From: Macrostomum lignano
Taxonomy: Eukaryota
Length of the DNA: 64,000 nt
NCBI GenBank assembly: GCA_002269645.1
Contig: NIVC01002024.1
Location: 62,001-126,000 of the forward strand
Direction: 5' to 3'
Positions 24,677-36,400 of the stretch are shown here, piece after piece (positions within the stretch are counted from its first letter, which is position 1; each line of letters starts with the position of its first letter). The position numbers and the translations under genes are program-made. Below the pieces are notes generated by a model that ran no database searches, had not been told where the DNA came from, and worked only from the letters and a program-made list of their open reading frames with translations.

Positions 24677-25035
24677 ATCGATATGTAGCGTAAATAACTT
24701 TGAAGCTCAAATTATTGTTTTTAAAAAAATTCCTTTTCAAAAAAATTTTACAAAACCGATATGTAGCGTAAATAACTTTATGAAGCTAAAATTATTAAGT
24801 GTTTTAAAAATTCCTTTTCAAAAATTTTTACAATATCGATATGTAGCGTAAATAACTTTATAAAGCTAAATCTATTAAGTATGTTTTTAAAAAATCCTTT
24901 TCAATAACGAATTTTATAATACCAGTATGTAGCGTATATAACTTTATGAAGCTAAAATTATTTTTTTAATTTCTTAAAATGACGAGATTTTTCATAAGAC
25001 CAATATGAGGCGTATATAACTTTATGTAGCTAAAA
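24677..25035. repeat. 80-85-nt AT-rich tandem repeat, about 5 diverged copies (ATATGTAGCGTAAATAACTTT...)
   Basis: Motif recurs near 24681, 24759, 24839, 24926 and 25004. Confidence 0.8.
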
Positions 25036-25489
25036 TCATCAATATAAGTTGCGGAAATAAGTGGCAAATGATGCATAAGTGCTTGTATGTACATTAGAAG
25101 ACGTTGATGCCAGAAATGCTATTTAACTACGAAGTATATAACAGGGTTTGGATAGACTTCTATCATTAAATTCCATTCTGAAACATTCAAATAGCACCTG
25201 CAGTATCAGCGGTTCGCTAATATGCAATACTCGTGCCAATGCAATTTAGGTACAATGATAAAACAGTTCGATAAATTTACAACCTTCTGCAGGCATTGTA
25301 TAGCAGATTTATAGCCACAGAACTTTTAAAACTGACGCTTTTTGGTAAATAACAAAATGCTTTCTTGTGATTCGAGTGGTTCAAAGCGCGCTGCATTTTT
25401 TGGCAACGCAAGTCACCGAGTGTAATGTATAGCTACTGTCGAGTTTTGGGCAGGTGAGAGGCTAGACAAAACAGACACGGAGAAAGGAA

Positions 25490-26790
25490 GAGGGGAGAGA
25501 GGAAGTGTGGGAGAGAGGAAGATGGGGAGAGAGGAAGATGGTGAGAGAGGAAGATGGGGAGAGAGGAAGATGGGGAGAGAGGAAGATGGGGAGAGAGGAG
25601 GTTGGGGAGAGAGGAAGATGGGGAGAGAGGAAGATGGGGAGAGAGGAAGATGGGGAGAGAGGAAGAGGGTGAGAGAGGAAGAGGGTGAGAGAGGAAGAGG
25701 GTGAGAGAGGAAGATGGGGAGAGAGGAAGAGGGTGAGAGAGGAAGAGGGTGAGAGAGGAAGAGGGTGAGAGAGGACGATGGGGAGAGAGGAAGATGGGGA
25801 GAGAGGAAGATGGGGAGAGAGGAAGATGGGGAGAGAGGAAGAGGGTGAGAGAGGAAGAGGGTGAGAGAGGAAGATGGGGAGAGAGGAAGAGGGTGAGAGA
25901 GGAAGAGGGTGAGAGAGGAAGAGGGTGAGAGAGGACGAGGGTGAGAGAGGACGAGGGTGAGAGAGGAAGAGAGTGAGAGAGGAAGAGTGTAGTGACTTGG
26001 TTTGTGTTGTGTGGGGTGCTGGGGGTTGCTGCGTACACTTTACCATCGTGCCCTTCAACTCTCTCCTTCGCTTGTTCTTTTGTGCGTACATGCACGTGAC
26101 CAATATGTCTATTTTACAGTCCCCAAATTATTGATCGGTTAAAATACTATTTCGACAAATACATATATGAATGATTTTATCATGCTATCGCATAAGCATC
26201 TTTCTGCCTCGCAAACTAAGTGAAGTCTTTACAAAAAGGGTTAGAGAGGAAGAGGGTGAGAGAGGAAGAGGGTGAGAGAGGAAGATGGGGAGAGAGGAAC
26301 AGGAGGAGAGAGGAAGAGGGGAGAGAGGAACAGGGGGAGAGAGGAAGAGGGGAGAGAGGAACAGGGGGAGAGAGGAAGAGGGGAGAGAGGAAGATGGGGA
26401 ATAGAGGAAGAAGGGGAATAGAGGAAGATGGGGAATAGAGGAAGATGGGGAATAGAGGAAGATGGGGAATAGAGGAAGATGGGGAATAGAGGAAGAAGGG
26501 GAATAGAGGAAGATGGGGAATAGAGGAAGAAGGGGAATAGAGGAAGATGGGGAATAGAGGAAGATGGGGAATAGAGGAAGATGGGGAATAGAGGAAGAAG
26601 GGGAATAGAGGAAGATGGGGAATAGAGGAAGATGGGGAATAGAGGAAGAAGGGGAATAGAGGAAGATGGGGAATAGAGGAAGAGAGGGAGAGAGGAGAAG
26701 GGGAATAGAGGAAGAAGGGGAATAGAGGAAGAAGGGGAATAGAGGAAGATGGGGAATAGAGGAAGAGAGGGAGAGAGGAGAAGGGGAGAG
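25490..26790. repeat. Two purine-rich 16-nt arrays (GAGAGGAAGATGGGGA; 25490-25985 and 26245-26790)
   Basis: Direct reading. Confidence 0.92.
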
Positions 26791-27417
26791 AAAGCTTAGA
26801 TAAAGTTTAGCAATCAGCGAGAGTCAGTGCCTACTGATGCGGGACATTAATAATAATAATAGCTATTTAGAGAGTAAAAGACAGACTGTATCGTACAGCA
26901 GCTGCCAACAGCAGCAAACTAAAGGCCACCTTAAACGCTGCAAGTCACTGGAAAATATATGCATGCATACGCAAAGTACAAAGCGCATCCTTGATCAATT
27001 GTAGTCATGATTTACTTGTTTTCATTAAACCTTACTCTCAGCTCACAATTAATAATACTGAAATTAATTATTAAATATTTTACATGTACGCATGCGCAGG
27101 TAATTAGAAAGCATATAAACACATGTAAGCCGGTTCAATCAAGATCAGGCTGGGTAAGGTTCACATACACAAGGATCGCATACGCATGCCAAACCGGAAA
27201 CCCGAGAGAGTGTGTGAAACGAGCGCGCACAGTGTATTTACATTATTTTATGTAAATAACGCTCGCAGATCTGTACTGCAATCTCGAAGGGACAACGTAC
27301 GCACATGCAAAAACATATATTGAAGCGGTGGCAACAAGCTCACCAAGTTAAAATAACTATACACACAGTAAGTCCATGAGATTATATTCTTCTTCGATCC
27401 CATTAATAGCCGATGAG

Positions 27418-30400
27418 ATGAGTAAAGGTATTGCTATTTTGCTAGCCATCATAGCGAGCTTGGTGCTGGCTTCTCTGGAAAATCCAACCAGTGAGCAGTC
27501 TAGGCCTAGTTCAACTGCCGCTTCAACTGCCGCTTCAACTGCCTCTACAACTGCTGCTTCAACTGCCTCTACAACTGCCGCTTCAACTGCTTCTACAACT
27601 GCCGCTTCAACTGCCTCTACAACTGCCGCTTCAACTGCTTCTACAACTACCGCTTCAACTGCCTCTACAACTGCCGCTTCAACTGCTTCTACAACTACCG
27701 CTTCAACTGCCTCTACAACTGCCGCTTCAACTGCTGCTTCAACTGCCTCTACAACTAACGCTTCAACTGCCGCTTCAACTGCCGCTTCAACTGCCGCTTC
27801 AACTACCGCTTCAACTGCCGCTTTAACAGCCTCTACAACTGCCGCTTCAACTGCCTCTACAACTGCCGTTTCAACTGCCTCTACAACTACCGCTTCAACT
27901 GCCGCTTCAACTGCCTCTACAACTGCCGCTTCAACTGCCTCTACAACTACCGCTTCAACTGCCGCTTCAACTGCCTCTACAACTGCCGCTTCAACTGCCT
28001 CTACAACTACCGCTTCAACTGCCGCTTCAACTACCGCTTCAACTGCCGCTTTAACAGCCTCTACAACTGCCGCTTCAACTGCCTCTACAACTGCCGTTTC
28101 AACTGCCTCTACAACTGCCGCTTCAACTGCCTCTACAGCTGCCTCTACAACTGCTACAACAGCCAACTTGACAAAGCAGACTACGACAAATTCCCGCACA
28201 ACTCAACCCTCAACTACAACTACAGCTGCAACTACCGTAACAACAGCTGGCAGTGCAGTGCAAACCACGCCAGAACCAGTAGAACTTCCTAATCTAAAAG
28301 TGCAGGTGAATCGTACAACAACACAATTGATAGAGATTGTTTGGTCCTGGCCAGACAATGTCAGTCAGGTGGTGAAACATTTAAATCTGACATATTTTGT
28401 CAACTGCGACTCCAGAGCTGCTGCAGAGGAGACACAATCAATGAGGCACACTTGTTATTACAATTCAAGTGGAGAAGTCTACAACATCACCATTAGAGCC
28501 GTTGCTGATGGTCCCGATTATAGGGAAGGTCCAACGCAGTGGCTGCTGGCAACAACAAGTGAGTAAAATATGGATGGGCAATAGATGGACCCTATGAAAC
28601 AAACTATGTTCAGCTGTAGATAAAAATCAAATTCTCTACTAGATTCAAGTAAGATAAGAAAAGCTGTTTTGGTCGTCTTAGATTCGTGTACCAAATGCTT
28701 TACCACACAAGTGATAATGTCAACAATTTTATTGTAAACTTTATTAAACAAGCTTTCCATAAAATTATATGTTTAGATTCGTAATAATTTGCCAGCAATT
28801 TTTAAAGCTGGAAAGGCTTAAGCTTGTGCTTCAGAGTTTTTAGTGTGCAACACTCTCTTAGCTCGTAGTGTTAACCTTATGGATAGAAAAGTTTGCTGGC
28901 GCCAACATCTGTTTATCAGTGGCATTCCATTGGTAAGGCCATTAAATACACTTTGTATAAAAATGGTACTTCAATTGGTCAATTAGCTATGAGTTTATGA
29001 AATATTGTTTTTAAAAGTGACCCACAATAATTACGGTAGGCTAAGAATATTTTGCCATAGAGTGAGGCTATACTGCACTCGTTCACTCTCAATCACTCGA
29101 TCACAAACGAGGCATTCAAATAAATTGTTTGTTAAAGTACAATAAAATTCGCTGTTGTAAAATTTCGACATAGTGAAAATTCGGGTTTATGGAACGAAGC
29201 TATCAGTATATACATGTAATTATCTTGACTTACTTGACTTAGCTGCAGGGCGGTCCGAAGACGCAGCGGGGAGGCGAGCGTCGCCCATTCCGCTAATCCC
29301 GGAAAGGCCCGCAAAGGCTAGGGCGCGGGGCCGGTCAGGGAGGTCTGCCGGTCCTGTCTGCAGCGTTGCCTTCGGTGGGAAAGACGGAGGCTCGCTTGGT
29401 GGCCCGGAGAAACCGGGTGAGCCGTGGGATGTTCTCGGGCCGGCAAACGTCGTCCAGGGACGGGTTGGGCCCGAGGTGGTTGAGCCGGTCTCGGTTGAAG
29501 GCCGGGCAGTAGCAGACGAAGTGCTTGGCGTCTTCGTTCTCGAGGTTGCATTAAGGGCAGAGTTCGCTCCGGCGAACGCTTCGGAGGAAACAGTGCCTGG
29601 CAAAGCAACCGAGACCTGTGAAGGTCATAGTGAGAGCGCGGATATCTTTTCGATTTTGGTTCAAAAGGATTCTCCGCAGCTTGAGGGATGGATTGGGCAC
29701 TGCCGTACGAGATTGTCGGCAGTTGGAGACACCATCCCATCTGCGCAAGTGCAGGTTAATGACAGTGGCGGGGATGGGGGCCAGGGGCACGGGGCCAAGG
29801 AGCGAGCCGGAACAGCCCGCCTTAGCGAGGGAGTCGGCGAGCTCGTTACCTTTGAAGCCAGCGTGTCCTGGGATCCACGTAAGCCGGACGGTGTTCCTCC
29901 GAGCCAGCTTGTTGAGCTGCCCGATACAGTCGCGGACTGTTCAGGAGTTCGTAGTGGTGTGACACAGGGCCTGCAAAGCGGCCTGGCTGTCAGGGTGGAA
30001 GAATATTCTTCTGTCCTTGAAGTCCCTGCAGTGGAGCTCAGCTGCACAGGAGCTGATGGCAAGGACTTCATTCTGGAAGACGCTGGAGAGTCTGCCAGTG
30101 TGTTGGGCGTGAGTGACGATCACGCGTCCGTTGATAAGGACGCAGACTCCAAAGCCGGATAAACCGTCTTTGGAGGATCCGTCAGTAAAGCAGTGAACCT
30201 CCTGAGGGGCCCAGCTGTCGTTGGCGTTCTCCCTAGAGGGGATAGTGACCTTGAAGCGTTGGTAGTGAAGTTTAGCGCTTGTGAAGTTTAGCGCTTGTGA
30301 AGTTCAGCGCTTGTGAAGTTCAGCGCTTGTGAAGTTTAGCGCTTGTGAAGTTTAGCGCTTGTGAAGTTTAGCGCTTGTGAAGTTTAGCGCTTGTGAAGTT

Positions 30401-33400
30401 TAGCGCTTGTGAAGCCTCCCCGAATGAGATCAGGGGAGATTGAGATGCTGGGAGGGAAATTGGAAACGTGGTAGTGAGATTGTATATATGGCAGTGAGAT
30501 TAGGGATCCGAATGCTGAGAGAGCAGAGATGGCCCTGTTGTAAAGAGAAACCTCTGTATTTAAAATTTCCTTTTGAATACAGTACCAGAAATTTGGAAGT
30601 TGAGTCTGCTTTCTTGAGTCCTGCATCTGATGCAGGAAATGCAGTTTTGACTGTTCGCACAGTCAGAGTGTACACAGTACCCGGTTGGAGACCCGTAAAG
30701 CAAACGCTATTGTTTGCTTTTAAGAGATTTTTGCACTTATCTTCGGAACAAATTTCGTAAGTTTGATTGAAATTTTTCGGCGCAGCAGCTGTTATACTAC
30801 TATCGTTGGTTGCTGTCACACTGACGATCGTTAGGTTCGGTTTCGGCAAATCTAAAAGTTTATTGTTGCATTCTCAGTTTTATGGATCGGGACATGTCAT
30901 TTAATAAGTCATTTGAATAAGCTTTGTGATTTGATAAATGGTTAGCCATTTGATAATAAAGTTAATCCTTTTTTTCAATTTATTAATAGTTGGGCAATAA
31001 ATTCTGTCTGTTGATTTAAGCCGCAGGTACTAGATACTAAAATAGCTATTCGTGGATGGGCCACTCAGTCATATACTTAGTAAAACAGCTTTCTACTTTC
31101 AGTTCAGTAGCAAAGAATACATAAGCTATTTTTATTTTTAAAAAAGGCAGTTGAAATTACTTTGACTTTAGAAGCCCATGCTTGCAGGCGTAAACATATT
31201 GCTAATTGGTTCAGCAGTAATGTACATTAGCCAGTCCACTGGAATGTACACGGCAGCTTTAGGCTGGAATTCCAAGAAAGGCAATAAAAATTGGGTAGTG
31301 TCAAAAGGCGCGATTAGAGGGTTTCAGGGGGAGGCTTCACAAGCGCTAATTTTCATAAGCGCTAACTCACCTACTTTCACAAGCGCTAAACTTCACAAGC
31401 GCTAAACTTCACAAGCGCTAAACTTCACAAGCGCTAAACTTCATAAGCGCTAAACTTCACAAGCGCTAAACTTCATAAGCGCTAAACTTCACAAGCGCTA
31501 AACTTCACAAGCGCTAAACTTCATAAGCGCTAAACTAAACTAAACTTATAAACTTAAACCCTTGGGTTGGTAGCAATAGAGGCGGCCGGTCTTCCCGCCT
31601 GGAGTCTCCCTTTCGGAAACAAGCCTTCCAGACTCACTCCAATTGATAAGCCATTTCCGTTGACTTCGGGGTATCCCCGCTCTCGGACCGCTTTAAGTAG
31701 TCTATCCAAAAACTCTTCGGTGCTCCACTAGCGGCAGAGCCCCCTTTAGGGCTGATCCGCGGGTAAGCCCAGCTTCCCTCCCCCGTTTAACAACAACCCC
31801 AAATATCACTATAGATTTTTAATCTCACCCAGTTTCCCAATCTCACTCCAATCTTGCCTATCTCATTCTCAGATTCCAAGTAGCACTTTAGATCCCCAAA
31901 AATCTTACCCAAAATTAAAAATCTCACTCTCAGATTCTAATCTCCCAGATCCCAATCTGCCAGATCCCACCCTCTCGGTTCCCACTCTCTCAGATCCCAA
32001 CCTCCCAGGATCCCAATCTCTCAGATCCTGCTCTCTCAGACCCCACTCTCTCAGATCCCAACCTCCCAGGATCCCAATCTCTCAGATCCTGCTCTCTCAG
32101 ACCCCACTCTCTCAGATCCCAACCTCCCAGGATCCCAATCTCTCAGATCCTGCTCTCTCAGACCCCACTCTCTCAGATCCCAACCTCCCAGGATCCCAAT
32201 CTCTCAGATCCTGCTCTCTCAGACCCCACTCTCTCAGATCCCAACCTCCCAGGATCCCAATCTCTCAGATCCTGCTCTCTCAGACCCCACTCTCTCAGAT
32301 CCCAACCTCCCAGGATCCCAATCTCTCAGATCCTGCTCTCTAAGATCCCACTCAAATTTGAAATTGTACACGAGACAAGTATGAATGTAGATCGAAATCG
32401 TTTATTGTTATGCATACAAAAGCTAATGTTTTTGAGATCCCCTCAAAGCTCAATGTTTTTTAGACCAGTTGTCGCTGGTGTTGTCGCTGGTGTTGTCGCT
32501 GGTGTTGTCGCTGGTGTTGTTGCTGGTGTTGTTGCTGGTGTTGTCGCTGGTGTTGTCGCTGGTGTTGTTGCTGGTGTTGTTGCTGGTGTTGTCGCTGGTG
32601 TTGTCGCTGGTGTTGTCGCTGGTGTTTTCGCTGGTGTTGTTGCTGGTGTTGTTGCTGGTGTTGTTGCTGGTGTTGTCGCTGGTGTTGTCGCTGGTGTTGT
32701 CGCTGGTGTTGTCGCTGGTGTTTTCGCTGGTGTTTTCGCTGGTGTTGTCGCTGGTGTTTTCGCTGGTGTTGTCGCTGGTGTTGTCGCTGGTGTTGTCGCT
32801 GGTGTTGTCGCTGGTGTTGTCGCTGGTGTTGTTGCTGGTGTTGTTGCTGGTGTTGTCGCTGGTGTTGTCGCTGGTGTTGTCGCTGGTGTTTTCGCTGGTG
32901 TTGTCGCTGGTGTTTTCGCTGGTGCTTTCGCTGGTGTTGTCGCTGGTGTTTTCGCTGGTGTTGTCGCTGGTGTTGTCGCTGGTGTTTTCGCTGGTGTTGT
33001 CGCTGGTGTTGTCGCTGGTGTTTTCGCTGGTGTTGTCGCTGGTGTTTTCGCTGGTGTTGTCGCTGGTGTTGTCGCTGGTGTTTTCGCTGGTGTTTTCGCT
33101 GGTGTTTTCGCTGGTGTTGTCGCTGGTGTTGTCGCTGGTGTTGTTGCTGGTGTTTTCGCTGGTGTTGTCGCTGGTGTTGTCGCTGGTGTTGTCGCTGGTG
33201 TTGTCGCTGGTGTTTTCGCTGGTGTTGTCGCTGGTGTTGTCGCTGGTGTTTTCGCTGGTGTTGTCGCTGGTGTTTTCGCTGGTGTTGTCGCTGGTGTTTT
33301 CGCTGGTGTTGTCGCTGGTGTTGTCGCTGGTGTTTTCGCTGGTGTTGTCGCTGGTGTTGTCGCTGGTGTTTTCGCTGGTGTTGTCGCTGGTGTTTTCGCT

Positions 33401-36400
33401 GGTGTTTTCGCTGGTGTTGTCGCTGGTGTTTTCGCTGGTGTTGTCGCTGGTGTTGTCGCTGGTGTTTTCGCTGGTGTTGTCGCTGGTGTTGTCGCTGGTG
33501 TTGTCGCTGGTGTTTTCGCTGGTTTGCCGCTGGTGTTGTCGCTGGTGTTGTTGCTTCGCTGGTGTAGTTGCTGATGTCGCTGGTGTTCTCGCTGGTGTTG
33601 TCGCTGGTGTTGTTGCTGATGTCGCTGGTGTTCTCGCTGGTGTTGTTGCTGATGTCGCTGGTGTTGTTGCTGATGTCGCTGGTGTTGTTGCTGATGTTGC
33701 TGGTGTTGTTGCTGATGTTATTGTTGTTGAATGCGTTGGTGAGCTCAGAGGGGCCGCCAGTAGATGGCCCCCAAGAGCTGTGCCACCACGTCCCCTTGTG
33801 CTAAGTCGCGCAGACAAGTGACGCCGATGATGCGTCGGGTAGTATCGAGCTTCGGACACGCACAGAATAAGGAATTGCTCGGCCGGCTGGTTGCAGAGAC
33901 GACAGGGTTCCCCCTCTCGGCAATGCGGTAGTAGGACGATTCGGGACAGCCGGATCTGATTTGGGAGGCGAGCATCTGCTGCCGGCGAGTACCGGGCGCG
34001 AGCGAGACCGGGTCACGGCCGGTACACTTCCAGGTGACCGTGCAGGCCGGGCTGGTACTTGAGGTGGTGACCGATATACGTTTTTTAGAGGCGAAATTTC
34101 GACTTGTTCCTGACAGACTGCAGCGGCGGTTTTGGCTTCGGCATCGACCAGTTCGTTGCCGTGCACCCCTGAGTGCCCGGGCACCCACTGCAGGGTCATC
34201 TGAGTACGGCGAGCCGCTTGAGTAAGGAGAGCTTTAGCGGTCTCGAGCCTGGAGTTCAGCGTGGGCTGGTCCGCTTGGATGACGCTGGCGCTCTGACTGT
34301 CCGCCAGGATGGCAGTACGAGGCGGGGCAGCGCAGCTCAATGGCGGAGAGCACTGCCGCGGACGCGGGGCCCTCGAACTCCAGGAGCTTGGTAAACAGAT
34401 GGACTACATAATCGATGAGAGAGTCCCATGAAGGATGGCAGATGAGAGGAAAAGGCAGACGAGGCAGAGCGACCATGGCATTGCAGCAGGCTCTGGCTTG
34501 TTCGCGAAGGCCTTTGTTAGCCGCCAGACGGATGTTCAGGTGCCTATCGCAGATTCGCCGAAACGGGTCGTCGATGGGGCGGCGGGACACTTTCTCGTAG
34601 GTCAGCAAGAGACTGATTGGGTGGACATTCGCCTCAAGGTAGATGGCTTCGACGGGAGTAGAGCGAGGCAGCCCGGTAAAGGTCCTGAGCGCTTCTCTCT
34701 GAGCGCGATCGAGGTCGTCGAGGCGGGTTTTTGCAGCGGCATGCTAGACCACCGACTCGAGGAGGGCGCGGTAGACCCGAAGGAGCAGGGGGCGGTCCCA
34801 GCCCCATTCCCAGTGCGCAAGGGCGCGGATGATTGCTGTTCTGCGTTGCATCTTGTCCTTGGCCGTGTTTGTGTGCCTGTCGAACAGAAGTCCTCTGTCG
34901 ATCCAGACCCCAAGGAACTTCAGTTTTTGCTTAGGGGTGGGATACCGTGGCCGTACAGCGATAGAGGAGGGCGCGATCCCGGTCGGCACGGTCTCTACTG
35001 AAGAGGCGGCAGCATTCGGTTTTGGCTGGGTTGAGATCGACGCGCAGGAAGTCAGCCCACTTCTCGATCCGCTGGAGAGCGTCCTGGATGCGATCCAAGA
35101 TGGCGCGGACGTCTTCCGGTGGACCACAAGGCGATGTCGTCGGCATACCCGCTGTATTCAACTTCTGGCGTCGTGAACTCCGTCCAGGCGTTGACGTAAA
35201 GTAAGAAGAGGGCCGGGGAGCCGGTGCGCCAGCAGCGAAAAAAGACTTGAGCCAAGGAGAGCGTCAATTGTCGGGCAGATGAAGGAAAAGAGCCGCTTCT
35301 CTGCCGTTCAGGCTACACTTCTTGCTCGGGTCCAGACGGTCGACTTCTCTGCAAAGTTCGCCTTCGGTGAAATCACGGCGGTAGTTGTCGTCATTGACAG
35401 AATAGTTGGCGAGGCGCGGTTGGCCGTTTTCACCTTGAATTTGCGGTGAGTGGCGTCGTGCTTCAGCGTGCTGATTCTCTCGTAGTAGCAGCCGAAGGCG
35501 TTGAATTTGTCTTTGTCAGTGCAGAGTTCTCGGTTGTCAACCACCAGGTTCTCGTTGGGCTGGGCTGCTTGTTGGCCGTTGCTGAGGCATTTGATCGTGT
35601 TCCAGACCTGCTTTGGGTCAGAGGAAGGCTAGCTGGCTAGCTGGAGGAAGTTTACAGCATTGTTCTCATCATTCAGCGACTCCACTCCTTAGATTCCACA
35701 TCGCAATCTGCTCTAAGTCCATCTGCCAACCAGGGCGCTGCTGGGCCTGTTTTCCTCGATGATATCCAGCGCCAATTCCAACACGGCTTCTTCTGCCACC
35801 AGAACTTCTGCTGCAGAATTTGCATGCTGCTGCTCTGCGGACTCCTCTGGTCCATGATTAGCTATTCGCTTTAATGATGTTTCAAACAAAAAATTCGATG
35901 CACCAATTCTCCCCACAGAGCCGCAATCTCCAACGCTGAACAGACAGTCGAGTGACAGTCGAAGATTAGTTGCGTCCTTCAAAGAGAGAACTACTTCTTA
36001 TCGAATGGAAGCACGATTATCCGGTGAAAAACAAAATTATTCTTGTGTTGTTAGAAAACATTTCTGTGAAATCATCTTTTACAATTTGATGCCGGGCTTC
36101 GAATACAACCTGACCTACTGGGCTGTCTACAAGAACCAGGCGTCCGAGGTGCAGTGGGCTTCGGTAAGAAAATACCTAATTACAGTTTATAATCTCTTTT
36201 TTGTTAAAATTATTTTCTTTGAATGGTTTTAAACTGTGATACACACTTTGCTATAGTTACTGTAAAAAAGATATAGATGTTAAATTTAGACAAATATTAT
36301 GATGGATGACAGGACACTGCCTATGTTATTGCTACAGTTGTTGTGTTAGACAGGTCAATGTCAACAGTTAGACACGTTATTAGTTAGTTAGAAACTGTTA

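Noticed and set aside
29173-30162. 329-aa plus-strand ORF
   Set aside because: Antisense shadow of the GC-rich RNase H/CCHC retroelement.
32381-33859. Long VAGV / SLVL / TSDN ORFs
   Set aside because: Translations of the 12-nt array; no splice or start context on the plus strand, and the minus ORF crosses frameshifts.
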